From Pseudomonadota bacterium (GTDB lineage: Bacteria; Pseudomonadota; Gammaproteobacteria; GCA-001735895): a stretch of 64,000 bases of DNA. Under the pieces are notes generated by a model. The model was not told where the DNA came from, did not search any database, and worked only from the letters and a program-made list of their open reading frames with translations. Below are positions 32,844 through 43,752 of the stretch, piece by piece. The position numbers and the translations under genes are program-made. The stretch spans positions 10,707 to 74,706 of the forward strand of contig JADFMY010000001.1 of the NCBI GenBank assembly GCA_022563685.1. Direction: 5' to 3'. How positions within the stretch are numbered: position 1 is the stretch's first letter; every line of letters starts with the position of its first letter.

Positions 32844-35219
32844 TCAAGTAGTCAGTGCAGAAAAAACCATAGGCAACCTTTCTGGCAATCGTTCGACATT
32901 CTCAACAATCGAATAGTTGTTTTCTCCAAATATGCGTGCTACATATCGATCAGCGTCTGGATCTAGCGTGAGGCAATAGGTATAAACCCCTTGCATGGCC
33001 AATTCCTCAACCGCTTTTTGGGCATCGTGTCGAAGATATTGCGGATCGCGTTCATCAATATCGGCTGGTTCGCCATCGGTCACTAACAACACGAGGCGTT
33101 TAGTGGCATTTTGTTCCTTTAAATGGAAACCTGCGTGCCGCAGAGCTGCTCCCATGCGCGTTGATAATCCGCCATTCATGCCGGCCAGTCGAGATTTGGC
33201 TTCATCATCGTATCTCTGGTTAAAGTCTTTAAACCGATAATATTGCACATCATGCCGGCCATTCGATGCAAAGCCATGCACCGCAAAAGTATCACCAATG
33301 GCATCGATTGCCCAGGACAATAATCCAGTTGCCTCACGTGTCAAACTGAGGATGCTGGGCGCCTCGGCATAACCTTCGTCTCCTTCGGTTATATCACCAA
33401 TTTTTTCGTTGGTTGATTCCGATAAATCCATTAGAACCAGGATAGCGAGATCTCGATTGTGGCGAGTGATACGTATATTGATTCGCGGGTCAGGCATAAC
33501 ACCGCGACGAATATCGATCATGGCGCGAACTGCCGCATTCAAATCCAGCTCCTCACCTTCTTCATATCCTCGGCGTCGCACTATACCCTGTGGCTGCAGG
33601 GCATCGATCAGGTGTTTAATTCGAGCCGCAATCGGTTTATGCCGGGTTAGTATTTCATCCATCACATCGGGATTACCTTTAGGCTGGCGGTGCTCGATCA
33701 CCGTGGCCCAATCGGGCCGTGCTAATTGCACCCGATAATCCCATTCATCGTAATGATAGGGTTGCGAGACAGGTTCCTTACCCTCGAGCTCATTGATGGT
33801 GCACCCCTCCTGGTCAAGCCAAAATGGCGTCGATAGTGTCCAGATTTCCTGCGCATCATCGCCGGCCAGCTCACAATCAAGGGTATTGACCATTTCCATT
33901 AGACCAACGCTACGCCGCAACTGTTGCTGACTATCTGGTTGATAATCAAGGCCCTCCTGGACAAACATGTTTTCGGAAAAAGCCCAGCAATAACGATTGT
34001 CATCGCGGTACGGGATCGGCATATTTTCCAGTATTCGAACCGATGGAATCGCTGCGTATTCAACAATACGGTTATAAAACTCGATACCAAATTGCCATGA
34101 AATACGATTATCGTGAGGATTCTGGGCAAGCCTGGTTCTAAAATCGGCGGCAAATTGATGGATAAATTCAATCTCAGCATTGTATTTTTCATCCAGAAGT
34201 GAATAGGCCAGGTTAACCATTAAATCCATGGATTCATGTAGCTCGGTGTCTTCATTTGAAGATTTATATGCGATGAAAAAACGAATCCAGAGCTTTTTCA
34301 ATCCCGGAAAGTCCTGTATCGCGAGATACTCAACGCGCGCATCTTCGAATAGTCCAATAAATAGCATTTGCGCCTGGGATAATTGTTCCGCACTCATAGA
34401 CTGTTTGGTATAGACCATGTGCGCTGCACAGTGAGCCGCCGATGCACGATATATCTCAAGTCCCTGAATGTCATGAAACGAATCAAATGCGTCCGGAAGA
34501 TATATCTGAAAACTTTCAATATAAGGACGCAAGCCTTCTCTATTCTCATAATCACCCGACGTAGGCCGCATAAAGAAGGACCGACCCCAGAGGGCGCGTA
34601 AATAGAAATTCAGCTTTCTTTGATTATTGATAAACAAGGTTCCGCGCCGCTCTTTTTGCAATACGGAGCGTGAAGACTCTGTATTCAGCGCAAAGTAAGC
34701 CATTTGATTGTCGAGGTCACGCGCGTGTGCCTGCGCGCCCCATAAGGCCCAACGCCTTAAGCCACCCAAAGTCAGCTTACTGAGCAATTCATCGAGATTT
34801 TCCATCATCGGCCGCAAGCCGCGCGGAGCTTTTCCCGCAAGATTGTGAAGCAATTTGAGATAGCCGCGGACGACTTCTGCATCGCCAAGCCGACGAGCAG
34901 CTAAAGACATTTCAGACAGTATCAGGATAATGACGCTACCCGAGGTGTGCGACGACAACTTCATCATCGCATGAACAATATCTGGCACTATATCTTCGCC
35001 AATTTCTCTGGCGACGCCTGGCATCTCCTGGACATAGGTGAGCACCAAATCCCTGTTATTGCCCAGCGAGTAGATCGCACGCATGCCCTCTAAATAATTT
35101 TTTAACCCCTGTGGTGACATCACGCGAGCTGCCTCGCGATATGAAGATTCTAGCGTTTGACGATCTGTGGTATCGTCTTCATCAAGGAAATTGAGGTATT
35201 CTGAAAAATTGATCGGCAT
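32844..35219 (-). CDS. cbbO: RuBisCO activase adaptor CbbO (von Willebrand factor A domain)
   Basis: ~790 aa with a C-terminal VWA/MIDAS block (LVLMDLSESTNE...LVLLVTDGEPADID). It follows cbbQ. The ATG at 35219 (MPINFSEY) is preferred because the track start overlaps cbbQ. Confidence 0.85.
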   Translation of the reverse strand: MPINFSEYLNFLDEDDTTDRQTLESSYREAARVMSPQGLKNYLEGMRAIYSLGNNRDLVLTYVQEMPGVAREIGEDIVPDIVHAMMKLSSHTSGSVIILILSEMSLAARRLGDAEVVRGYLKLLHNLAGKAPRGLRPMMENLDELLSKLTLGGLRRWALWGAQAHARDLDNQMAYFALNTESSRSVLQKERRGTLFINNQRKLNFYLRALWGRSFFMRPTSGDYENREGLRPYIESFQIYLPDAFDSFHDIQGLEIYRASAAHCAAHMVYTKQSMSAEQLSQAQMLFIGLFEDARVEYLAIQDFPGLKKLWIRFFIAYKSSNEDTELHESMDLMVNLAYSLLDEKYNAEIEFIHQFAADFRTRLAQNPHDNRISWQFGIEFYNRIVEYAAIPSVRILENMPIPYRDDNRYCWAFSENMFVQEGLDYQPDSQQQLRRSVGLMEMVNTLDCELAGDDAQEIWTLSTPFWLDQEGCTINELEGKEPVSQPYHYDEWDYRVQLARPDWATVIEHRQPKGNPDVMDEILTRHKPIAARIKHLIDALQPQGIVRRRGYEEGEELDLNAAVRAMIDIRRGVMPDPRINIRITRHNRDLAILVLMDLSESTNEKIGDITEGDEGYAEAPSILSLTREATGLLSWAIDAIGDTFAVHGFASNGRHDVQYYRFKDFNQRYDDEAKSRLAGMNGGLSTRMGAALRHAGFHLKEQNATKRLVLLVTDGEPADIDERDPQYLRHDAQKAVEELAMQGVYTYCLTLDPDADRYVARIFGENNYSIVENVERLPERLPMVFSALTT

Positions 35220-35241
35220 GGCGGTACCAGCGATTGACTCA

Positions 35242-36048
35242 CTAGAAAAAGGTATTAACCGCAGCATCGAGGGTATCGCGCATATCCGGATCATCCGTTA
35301 GAGGCGTCACCAGTGCCATTTTGCAGGCCTGTTCAGGATTGATCCCTTTCGAAATCAGTTGCGCAGCATAAATTAGCAGGCGGGTTGACATGCCTTCATC
35401 TAGACCATGCCCTTTTAAGTTTCGCGACCGATGAGCAACCTGCACCAGTTTTTCGGCGATGTCATTTTCCACACCACCTTCGTGTTTGACAATTTCAATT
35501 TCGGTTTCAGTTCCAGGGTAGTTAAAATCGATACCACCAAAACGTTGCTTGGTCGATTGCTTGAGATCTTTCATCAAAGACTGATAACCGGGGTTATACG
35601 AAATCACTAATTGAAAATTTTCATGAGCCTTCACCAGTTCGCCTTTTTTCTCTAAAGGCAGTTCGCGACGATGATCGGTTAAAGGATGAATCACAACGGT
35701 AGTATCCTGACGTGCTTCGACCACTTCATCGAGATAACATATCGCACCAATGCGTGCTGCTACTGTTAGTGGCCCGTCCTGCCACTTTGTGCCATTGATG
35801 TCGAGCAGAAAACGGCCAACTAAATCGGATGCTGTCATGTCTTCATTACAGGCGATCGTGATCAATGGTCTATGTAGCCTCCATGCCATGTATTCGACGA
35901 ATCGAGTTTTGCCGCACCCAGTCGGTCCTTTAAGCATGACCGGCATTCGCACATCGTAAGCCGCTGTATATAATTTCACCTCGCTATCAATAGCAAGATA
36001 ATAAGGTTCGTTTTCGATGAGATATTGATCGCTATCGATTTCACTCAT
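35242..36048 (-). CDS. cbbQ: MoxR-type AAA+ ATPase CbbQ (RuBisCO activase)
   Basis: Walker [18 protein letters not shown], 268 aa, sitting between cbbS and cbbO. Confidence 0.9.
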   Translation of the reverse strand: MSEIDSDQYLIENEPYYLAIDSEVKLYTAAYDVRMPVMLKGPTGCGKTRFVEYMAWRLHRPLITIACNEDMTASDLVGRFLLDINGTKWQDGPLTVAARIGAICYLDEVVEARQDTTVVIHPLTDHRRELPLEKKGELVKAHENFQLVISYNPGYQSLMKDLKQSTKQRFGGIDFNYPGTETEIEIVKHEGGVENDIAEKLVQVAHRSRNLKGHGLDEGMSTRLLIYAAQLISKGINPEQACKMALVTPLTDDPDMRDTLDAAVNTFF

Positions 36049-36153
36049 ATGAAAATCCTTTCATTAGCACTGTTTGGTAGATCGACTTCGAGGAAAAAAT
36101 GATGCTTTTGTTCCTGCAATAGAAACAAAAGCATCCAATCACACAGAGGAGAT

Positions 36154-36510
36154 TTAAACTGCTTTTCCACGATATATGACCATTTCTGCTCCCTTTGATT
36201 GAGAGAAATTGTCAAATCCGACCAGGCGAACATGATTTTTGGGGTGGGCCTGATGACAGGCATCGACTTCAGCCAATATTAAATCGACGTCGGTTTCACC
36301 AAACATCGGCAATTTCCACATATACCAGTAGGAACCGAAAGCATTTTCCGGCTCGGTGTGTTCGACGGCCGGATTCCAGCCCTGCTTCACAATATACTCT
36401 ACCTGCTGGCGAGTTTGATCTGCATTCATTGCAGGTAAATAGGAGAAGGTCTCAAATTTCCGACTCGCAACATCGGACAAACTTGACGCATAATCTCGTA
36501 CTTCGCTCAT
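36154..36510 (-). CDS. cbbS: RuBisCO small subunit
   Basis: [26 protein letters not shown]...[12 protein letters not shown]. Trimmed to the ATG at 36510 because the track start overlaps cbbL. Confidence 0.9.
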   Translation of the reverse strand: MSEVRDYASSLSDVASRKFETFSYLPAMNADQTRQQVEYIVKQGWNPAVEHTEPENAFGSYWYMWKLPMFGETDVDLILAEVDACHQAHPKNHVRLVGFDNFSQSKGAEMVIYRGKAV

Positions 36511-36553
36511 GATTAATTCCTCAACAAATCTCAAAACTTCATCTAGTGGCAGC

Positions 36554-37978
36554 TTATTTGTGGGCAACGTCGAGCTTGTCTACAGTATCAAACTCGAATT
36601 TGATTTCTTTCCAGGTTTCCATCGCAATCGCGAGTTCGGGGCTTGATTTAGCCGCGCTAGTGAGAATATCCTTCCCTTCTTTTTCAAGTTCACGACCCTG
36701 ATTACGCGCTTCTACACAGGCCTCAACCGCAACACGGTTAGCACAAGCTCCGGCAGCATTGCCCCAGGGGTGACCGAGTGTTCCACCACCGAACTGTAAG
36801 ACCGAATCGTCCCCAAAAATATTGACCAGTGCCGGCATGTGCCAGACATGGATACCACCCGATGCAACCACAAACACACCTGGCATTGAACCCCAATCCT
36901 GATCGAAGAAAATTCCACGTGAACGGTCTTCTTTGATGTAAGATTCACGCAGCAGATCGATCCAGCCCAAAGTCGCGTCTCTATCGCCTTCTAATTTACC
37001 CACCACCGTGCCGGTATGGAGATGATCGCCGCCAGACAGTCTGAGAATTTTGGCTAAAACACGAAAGTGAATACCATGGTGCGGATTTCTATCCATAACC
37101 GCATGCATTGCACGGTGAATATGCAGCAGCATACCGTTGGCCTGGCACCATTGAGCCAGGCCTGTATTGGCGCATAACCCCCCGGTTAAATAGTCATGCA
37201 TAATAATTGGGGCACCTATTTCTTTAGCATATTCAGCGCGTTTCATCATTTCGTCTGGTGTCGGCGCTGTAACGTTCAGGTAATGACCTTTGCGTTCACC
37301 CGTTTCTGCTTCTGCCTTGTGAATCGCTTCCATGACGAAATCGAAACGATGACGCCAGCGCATGAATGGCTGGGAGTTGACATTTTCATCGTCTTTGGTG
37401 AAATCCAGCCCACCGCGTAAACCTTCATAACAGGCGCGGCCATAGTTTTTTGCTGACAGGCCCAGTTTAGGTTTGATGGTACAACCCAATAGCGGCCGTC
37501 CATATTTATTCAGGATGTCACGCTCAACCTGGATACCCTGTGGTGGTCCATTGCAGGTCATGACGTAAGCGATTGGAAAACGGATATCTTCAAGGCGTAA
37601 TGCTCGTAACGCCTTAAATCCGAATACATTGCCAACCAGTGATGTGAAAACGTTAACGACTGAGCCCTCTTCAAACAAATCAATGGGATAAGCAATGAAA
37701 GCATAGAAGCAGGTATCGTCGCCCGGCACATCTTCAATCGCGTAGGCGCGCCCCTTGTAATAATCCAGGTCGGTCAACAGATCTGTCCAGACTGTTGTCC
37801 AGGTGCCCGTAGACGATTCAGCAGCAACCGCGGCAGCGACTTCTTCTCGTGGAATGCCGGCCTGAGGCGTTATTTTGAAACAGGCTAAAATATCAGTTGC
37901 CTTTGGCGTGTAATCTGGCTCCCAATAGGTTTCACGATAATCTTTAACACCTGCGGTATAGGTTTTTCTCGAGTTCAT
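36554..37978 (-). CDS. cbbL: RuBisCO large subunit, form IA
   Basis: 474 aa with [38 protein letters not shown] and [11 protein letters not shown]. Confidence 0.95.
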   Translation of the reverse strand: MNSRKTYTAGVKDYRETYWEPDYTPKATDILACFKITPQAGIPREEVAAAVAAESSTGTWTTVWTDLLTDLDYYKGRAYAIEDVPGDDTCFYAFIAYPIDLFEEGSVVNVFTSLVGNVFGFKALRALRLEDIRFPIAYVMTCNGPPQGIQVERDILNKYGRPLLGCTIKPKLGLSAKNYGRACYEGLRGGLDFTKDDENVNSQPFMRWRHRFDFVMEAIHKAEAETGERKGHYLNVTAPTPDEMMKRAEYAKEIGAPIIMHDYLTGGLCANTGLAQWCQANGMLLHIHRAMHAVMDRNPHHGIHFRVLAKILRLSGGDHLHTGTVVGKLEGDRDATLGWIDLLRESYIKEDRSRGIFFDQDWGSMPGVFVVASGGIHVWHMPALVNIFGDDSVLQFGGGTLGHPWGNAAGACANRVAVEACVEARNQGRELEKEGKDILTSAAKSSPELAIAMETWKEIKFEFDTVDKLDVAHK

Positions 37979-37996
37979 CTTTATATCTCCAAATTG

Positions 37997-39079
37997 TCAG
38001 GCCGCACTCTGGTTGGTCGTTGGCTTCGGGTCGAGCGCACCGCTGGCATAGCACCTTGCCATCTCGGCAACGCTGATCGGTGTGATTTTTGAAGCCTTTC
38101 CCGCGCTTTCAAACTGTTCGAAGCGATCACGACAAAGTTTCTGCATGGCATCCCGTGCCGGCGCCAGGAATTTACGCGGGTCAAACTGTAATTTATCCTG
38201 TTGCGCAATTTTTCTGAACTCGCCGGTCATCGCCAGTCGACAATCGGTATCGATATTAACTTTGCGAACTCCGTGTTTGATTCCGCGCACAATCTCCTCA
38301 ACTGGTACTCCATAGGTTTGTGGCATTTCGCCACCAAACTCATTGAAAATATCCTGCAGCTCCTGTGGTACCGACGACGAGCCATGCATAACAAGATGTA
38401 CTTCAGGGAGTTTTGCATTGATTTTCCGCACTACATCCATCGCGAGAATATCGCCATCGGGTTTACGGCTAAACTTATATGCTCCATGCGACGTGCCCAT
38501 TGCAATTGCGAGCGCATCAACCTTTGTTTTGGTCACAAAATCGACCGCTTGATCCGGGTCGGTGAGTAATTGATCCATGCTTAAACTGCCTTCAAATCCA
38601 TGCCCGTCTTCTTTTTCGCCTTCGCCGGTTTCAAGCGAACCGAGACATCCAAGTTCGCCTTCGACCGAAACACCGATATCGTGTGCAATGCGTGTAACTT
38701 CGGAAGTAATATCGAGGTTGTATTCATAACTTGCAGGGGTTTTGGCGTCAGCTTCGAGCGATCCATCCATCATTACTGAGGTAAAGCTTGCCTGCATGGC
38801 AGAAACGCAGGTCGCCCGGTTATTTCCATGATCCTGGTGCAGGCAAATTGGAATTTGTGGATACATTTCTTCCGCGGCTTCGACCATTTTGCGGATCATG
38901 ATATCGCCCGCATAACCTCGCGCGCCGCGACTGGCTTGTAAAATGACAGGCGCATCCACAGCTTTAGCCGCTTCCATGATCGCCAGTACCTGTTCCATAT
39001 TGTTAATATTAAAAGCCGGTACTCCGTATCCGTATTCGGCTGCATTGTCGAGCAATTGCCGTAGTGTAATTCGTGCCAT
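37997..39079 (-). CDS. cbbA: class II fructose/sedoheptulose-bisphosphate aldolase, Calvin-cycle subtype
   Basis: [50 protein letters not shown] at 39079. Confidence 0.9.
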   Translation of the reverse strand: MARITLRQLLDNAAEYGYGVPAFNINNMEQVLAIMEAAKAVDAPVILQASRGARGYAGDIMIRKMVEAAEEMYPQIPICLHQDHGNNRATCVSAMQASFTSVMMDGSLEADAKTPASYEYNLDITSEVTRIAHDIGVSVEGELGCLGSLETGEGEKEDGHGFEGSLSMDQLLTDPDQAVDFVTKTKVDALAIAMGTSHGAYKFSRKPDGDILAMDVVRKINAKLPEVHLVMHGSSSVPQELQDIFNEFGGEMPQTYGVPVEEIVRGIKHGVRKVNIDTDCRLAMTGEFRKIAQQDKLQFDPRKFLAPARDAMQKLCRDRFEQFESAGKASKITPISVAEMARCYASGALDPKPTTNQSAA

Positions 39080-39212
39080 TTTTATAGTCCTCCTATACTC
39101 CAAAGCCAACAAGCAAATCCATCGCGTTCACCATTTCATGTGGTTCTTGTTTCTCTATTTGATTTGATTCCATTGGGGTATTCACGGTGAACTCCGATAT
39201 AAATAATTCTCT

Positions 39213-40088
39213 CTAACCAGCACGTCGCTTACGTTCTACCAACTGCATAACTAATGGGGTAAAAACCAGTTGCATCGCCAGATCAAACTTGCCGCCGGGA
39301 ATCACAATGGTATTAGGTCGCGACATAAAACTGTTGTGAATCATGCTTAGCAAATAGGGAAAATCGATTCCCTTTGGATCGGCGAAACGTATTACTACCA
39401 TCGATTCATCGGCTGTCGGAATCCACCGGGCTATAAACGGATTTGACGTATCTACAATCGGTACGCGCTGAAAATTGACATCGGTATTGGTAAATTGAGG
39501 ACAGATATACCTGATATAATCAGGCATTCGTCGAAGTATGGTGTCGGTTACTGCCTCCGGCGAGTAACCACGCACCAACTTGTCTCGGTGAATTTTTTGA
39601 ATCCATTCAAGATTTGTTACTGGAACCACACCAACCTTCAGATCTGCATACTGGGCTACGTTTGCCTGCTCAGTGTTTATTGCACCGTGCAATCCTTCGT
39701 AAAACAATAAATCGGTACCTTCCGGAAAATCTTCCCAATCGGTGAAGTTCCCAGGTTCAACTCCGTATATTTTTGCTTCATCCTCATCATGGGCATAATG
39801 CCGTGTTCTACCGGTACCCGTCTCGCCATACTGTTTAAATACACCCTCAAGTTCTGAAAATAGATTTGCCTCCGGACCGAAATGACTGAAATTTCTATCC
39901 CCTGTTTTTTCGGCACTATCCATGGCATTTTTCATTTGCTTTCGGTTATAACGATGAAAGGCGTCACCTTCGATATAACAGGCGTACACATTTTCACGCA
40001 TATAAATATGTTCAAAGGTATCTTTGACTGTCGATGTGCCCGCGCCTGACGAACCTGTTATTGAGATGACTGGATGCTTCCTGGACAT
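39213..40088 (-). CDS. prk: phosphoribulokinase
   Basis: MSRKHPVISITGSSGAGTSTV P-loop, 291 aa, in the cbb cluster. Confidence 0.9.
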   Translation of the reverse strand: MSRKHPVISITGSSGAGTSTVKDTFEHIYMRENVYACYIEGDAFHRYNRKQMKNAMDSAEKTGDRNFSHFGPEANLFSELEGVFKQYGETGTGRTRHYAHDEDEAKIYGVEPGNFTDWEDFPEGTDLLFYEGLHGAINTEQANVAQYADLKVGVVPVTNLEWIQKIHRDKLVRGYSPEAVTDTILRRMPDYIRYICPQFTNTDVNFQRVPIVDTSNPFIARWIPTADESMVVIRFADPKGIDFPYLLSMIHNSFMSRPNTIVIPGGKFDLAMQLVFTPLVMQLVERKRRAG

Positions 40089-40095
40089 ACTACTT

Positions 40096-41127
40096 CTAGC
40101 GCCTTAGCAAACTAGGATTTTGAAAAAGAGGAAACCGGGTGTTGGCGGTAAAGTCACCAGAGATATAATCCATAACCTCGGCAACCTTATCTCGCGAACC
40201 AAATATCAATGGAATTCGCTCATGAAGCGAGGTCACCTCAATATCCAGGATTATTTGATTCCCGTCCGAAGCCGCCCCACCCGCTTGCTCAACTATAAAA
40301 GCAAGGGGTAACGCATCGTAAAGCAATCGAAACCTGCCTTTCTCAAACCCTGTCCTGGAGTCGCCTGGATAAAGAAAAACGCCACCCCAAACAAGAATAC
40401 GGTATGCCTCCGCCACCAGGGACGCGTTCCAACGCATTCTGTAGTTCACGCCCAGAGGTCCATCTTCTCCAGATATGCAATCGTCAATAAAATATCTAAT
40501 CGAACTATCCCAGAACCGATAATTCAAAGTGTTTATTGCAAGCTCTCTTTGAGCAGTAGGGATCCTGATATTTTCACTGACCAGCAAGAATTCGGAACCA
40601 ACATGCTCAAGAGTGAAAGTGTGTGTACCCTTACCACAGGTAAGAACCAGTGAGGTTTGAGGGCCATAAACCAGGAATCCTGCAGCTACCTGTCGTTCAC
40701 CAATACTCCCTTCGAAAACCCGGCCTGAATCAAATCTAAGTATCGAAAATATAGTCCCTATTGACATATTAGATTCAATATTTGTTGAGCTATCGAGCGG
40801 GTTAATCGCAACCGCGAGTGTGCCTTTAGGATTTAGTGGAACAGCCTCTGATTTTTCTGCGGATGCCAGGTAAGCAACGGGCGCATTGTATAATGCTTCC
40901 TCAAACACATTGTTAGCCACGATATTTAAAGGCTTTTGAGTATCGCCATCTGGGTTTTGCGCCCCAGCGGCTTCATCATACCTGGCCAAACTATGGCGAG
41001 AAATTAATTTAGACAAATTAATCCCTGCTTCCGCAATACTCGTTATGGTAGAACACAGGTCTCTGCTTGAGGTGTCATCGCCCACCCGCGACAGTAAAAA
41101 TTGATTAAGAGTACTTCTGGCACTCAT
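40096..41127 (-). CDS. cbbF: class 1 fructose-1,6-/sedoheptulose-1,7-bisphosphatase
   Basis: NPLDSSTNIESN (metal site DPLDGSSN-like), GPQTSLVLT, GVFLYPGD, LLYDALPLAFIVEQAGG. ATG at 41127. Confidence 0.85.
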   Translation of the reverse strand: MSARSTLNQFLLSRVGDDTSSRDLCSTITSIAEAGINLSKLISRHSLARYDEAAGAQNPDGDTQKPLNIVANNVFEEALYNAPVAYLASAEKSEAVPLNPKGTLAVAINPLDSSTNIESNMSIGTIFSILRFDSGRVFEGSIGERQVAAGFLVYGPQTSLVLTCGKGTHTFTLEHVGSEFLLVSENIRIPTAQRELAINTLNYRFWDSSIRYFIDDCISGEDGPLGVNYRMRWNASLVAEAYRILVWGGVFLYPGDSRTGFEKGRFRLLYDALPLAFIVEQAGGAASDGNQIILDIEVTSLHERIPLIFGSRDKVAEVMDYISGDFTANTRFPLFQNPSLLRR

Positions 41128-41185
41128 GCAAACCTCCCCCACTCGGCCTTTATCGATGTAACGAAATACTGTCACACTTGATTTT

Positions 41186-41198
41186 TAAGTAAAGTTAA
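41186..41198. promoter_or_regulatory. TNA-N7-TNA LysR/CbbR-type box in the cbbR-cbbF divergent region
   Basis: TAAGTAAAGTTAA. The context is AT-rich, so a chance match is quite possible. Confidence 0.2.
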
Positions 41199-41213
41199 AA
41201 TATCTTAAGACGA

Positions 41214-42146
41214 ATGAAAGAAAAACTTTACCCCTGGGCAAGGCAATTAACACTCAAGCAACTGCGTGGATTTCATGCCGTTGTTGGGGCTGGCAGTATT
41301 TCAGGCGCAGCCAGGAAGCTGCATTTGACCCCACCCGCTGTATCGCTGCAAATCCGAGGTCTCGAAAATGCGACAGGAATTCCTCTACTCGAACGTAGCG
41401 AAATCGGTTTGGTTCCCACGCTTGGGGGAGCAGCCCTGTACACACTTGCCGTTAACATGCACTCTGTACTTTATGAGTTCGCCGAAACATTGGACGAACT
41501 GAAAGGCGTGGATCACGGTATTGTCTCTGTCGGCGTGGTGAGCACGGCACGCTATTTCGCACCAACAGTACTCGCTGAATTCAATAAGCTTTACCCCGAG
41601 GTTAAATTGCAATTATCGGTAGGCAACCGTGAAATCATTGTGAATAAACTGGGGAATCTCGAACTGGACATTGCCATTACCGGGCTCCCTCCTGATAATT
41701 TTGAGGTTGAAAGCGAGTACATCGGTAAACACCCTCAAATAATCATCGCACCACCCGATCATGAGTATTCGACAAGCACTCAAATCTCACTCGTAAGCTT
41801 AAAAGATCAAACTTTTCTGCTACGCGAACCTGGTTCGGGAACACGCTCGGTTGCAGACAAGTTGTTTAAAAACGCCAGATTCATGCCTGCATCTGGAATT
41901 GAATTCGGTAGCAACGAAACGATTAAACAGGCTGTTATGGCCGGTATGGGCATTGCGTTAATCTCTGCCCATACGGTTGCAGCCGAATTAAAAGATAAGC
42001 GACTAGTCGCACTTGATGTTAAAGGTCTGCCCATCAACCGGAAATGGTTTGTCGTTAAAAACCAGAAAAAACGTTTTTTGCCATCGGCACAAGCGCTGTG
42101 GAATTTTATTGCTCGCAGTGGTAAACGTTATTTACCAAAGCCATGA
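41214..42146 (+). CDS. cbbR: LysR-family transcriptional regulator CbbR
   Basis: N-terminal HTH (LTLKQLRGFHAVVGAGSISGAARKLHLTPPAVSLQIRGLE). Divergent from the cbb operon. Confidence 0.85.
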   Translation: MKEKLYPWARQLTLKQLRGFHAVVGAGSISGAARKLHLTPPAVSLQIRGLENATGIPLLERSEIGLVPTLGGAALYTLAVNMHSVLYEFAETLDELKGVDHGIVSVGVVSTARYFAPTVLAEFNKLYPEVKLQLSVGNREIIVNKLGNLELDIAITGLPPDNFEVESEYIGKHPQIIIAPPDHEYSTSTQISLVSLKDQTFLLREPGSGTRSVADKLFKNARFMPASGIEFGSNETIKQAVMAGMGIALISAHTVAAELKDKRLVALDVKGLPINRKWFVVKNQKKRFLPSAQALWNFIARSGKRYLPKP

Positions 42147-42158
42147 TTTTCATAGGAG

Positions 42159-42258
42159 TGTTAGCGAACTGTTCCAATTTAGCCAGGCAACTGAACTCAC
42201 CATCGATGTCAATGACCCAAACGCGCATCTGCAACACTGCGAAAGACGCGTGTTCCTA
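42159..42258 (+). pseudogene. modC: decayed second copy of the modC 3' end
   Basis: 42159-42243 aligns with 32575-32660 at roughly 85-90% identity by eye. The tail 42244-42258 aligns with 32755-32770 (gaaa[a/g]acgcgtgttcct). About 95 bp is missing in between, which breaks the frame. Confidence 0.75.
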
Positions 42259-42837
42259 GTCGCTTCTCCAGATCGAGAGCAGGTCATGCCCATTCTTACG
42301 TGGATAAGCGTGCGTGGTGCCTGAATGAGTTCCCATCACTACAAAGCCAACGAGATGCTCCTCAGGTTTTAATCGAAACGCCTGCCGCATCGTATTCGAT
42401 CGAACACGACGACCACTGACAATCTTTCCTTTATAACCAAACGATTCTAAAGCCAGTAGAACGTTTTGCAGCGATGCGCCTACTGAAATCCATTGCTCGT
42501 GTGGTGGAACCGCGATATTGAGTTCAGATATGTAAGCGATGATTGCGACCAACATGGCGCCGTTCATTGCTTTTAGCCGAATTTCTTCGAGGTAATCACT
42601 CGCTAAACCCTTATTTTCAACTCTAGCGGCTGACTCAAATACGGTTGCCATGGATTCACGCTCATCCTTTGGAATAAGAACAAATCGAACTGGCGCCATC
42701 CGCCCATGATCTGGCGCCGCTCCGGCAGTGCCAATAATTTCAATGAGTTCATCCCAACTGGGTGCTGGCTCCTTCAGATGTTTGGGTGAAACAGACCGAC
42801 GCGTGAGAATTGATTTGATGATTCTATTAATAGTCAA
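42256..42837 (-). CDS. nitroreductase family protein
   Basis: ILTRRSVSPKHL...APDHGRMAPVRFVLI and a C-terminal GF.VMG-type block. Confidence 0.8.
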   Translation of the reverse strand: MTINRIIKSILTRRSVSPKHLKEPAPSWDELIEIIGTAGAAPDHGRMAPVRFVLIPKDERESMATVFESAARVENKGLASDYLEEIRLKAMNGAMLVAIIAYISELNIAVPPHEQWISVGASLQNVLLALESFGYKGKIVSGRRVRSNTMRQAFRLKPEEHLVGFVVMGTHSGTTHAYPRKNGHDLLSIWRSD

Positions 42838-42977
42838 AATATAATCATTAGGCGTTGTAATTGGGCTCTTTGCTGCAGGGCAAGATACCCTACATCTAAA
42901 AATTTAAAAACCCAACGCTCATAGAATTTATTCGAAAATTGAATAATCGACCGAGGAGCCGGTATTCATGACCAAGA

Positions 42978-42993
42978 AACCAGGCGCCTGGTT
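42978..42993 (-). terminator. GC-rich palindrome downstream of the TorD-like gene (possible terminator)
   Basis: AACCAGGCGCCTGGTT is a perfect 16-nt palindrome. On the minus strand it is followed by TTTCTTGG. Confidence 0.3.
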
Positions 42994-43086
42994 GGACGCC
43001 TGAAATGAGGAGAAAAAAACGACCCTTAACGATCAACCAGTTTGTGGTTCTTCATTGGCATCGAGTTAACTGTTAACCCGGTAGGC

Positions 43087-43752
43087 TCACCGTTCAAACT
43101 CCATATAATTCCTGGTCAATTCAGCCATAGACCGGTAAAAGGGTAGGTCAGCCTGCTCCATGACCACATCACAGAATTGGGGTAGCCAGCATAATAGATG
43201 CTTGTCAAGAAACATGCGTTGTATAGACGAGCTATACTCTGCGCTTTTTCGATCCTGTTGAGTCCACTTTTCAGCTTCCCATGCTGTCAGCTTCTGCATA
43301 AATTCAAGCTCAACGCTGATGTGATCCGGAATCCCGGTGAACTCAGGTTGATAGTCAAGACCTGCTGTTTCGATAAAGTTTTTCACTTCAACGGTCGTTC
43401 TTCCCCATAGGCTACTCGTATCACCATCCATTTCGGCAAAGATAGACTCATGGGCCGATATATGATGGCCAGGACCGATAAACAGTCGAGTAAACTCCAG
43501 TCCCAGGGCTTCCGCCGTCGCAGTTTCAGGGCTGCTATAAAATGCTTCTCCCAGCTCCACACCCATGTCTGAGAAGATCCCCGACAAGCGGGGACCCCTC
43601 AGTTCCTTGATGAGAGCTTCGGTGGGCTCTTCCCGGAAAACAGTGGCCAATAACCCATAAATGTTACTTCTTAGTTGGGCGTTGTCGGCCGCTTTTTTCC
43701 AGTCGGTTTCCACTTCAGATCTCCCGTTAGCTTTCATTTTAGGCTTTGGCAA
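43087..43752 (-). CDS. TorD/DmsD-family redox enzyme maturation chaperone
   Basis: RSNIYGLLATVFREEPTEALIKEL ... EFTRLFIGPG ... HESIF pattern. Overlaps the stop of the Mo subunit gene. Confidence 0.8.
   Translation of the reverse strand: MPKPKMKANGRSEVETDWKKAADNAQLRSNIYGLLATVFREEPTEALIKELRGPRLSGIFSDMGVELGEAFYSSPETATAEALGLEFTRLFIGPGHHISAHESIFAEMDGDTSSLWGRTTVEVKNFIETAGLDYQPEFTGIPDHISVELEFMQKLTAWEAEKWTQQDRKSAEYSSSIQRMFLDKHLLCWLPQFCDVVMEQADLPFYRSMAELTRNYMEFER

Noticed and set aside
32844-37978. Alpha-carboxysome operon downstream of cbbLS
   Set aside because: cbbLS is followed by cbbQ and cbbO only. No csoS2, csoS3 or shell genes are present, so this is the non-carboxysomal form IA arrangement.
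42013-42324. 103-aa plus-strand ORF spanning the cbbR 3' end and beyond
   Set aside because: It is not a gene. It is an out-of-frame read across the cbbR terminus that runs into the modC remnant. That remnant explains its ELFQFSQATELTIDVNDPNAH similarity to ModC.
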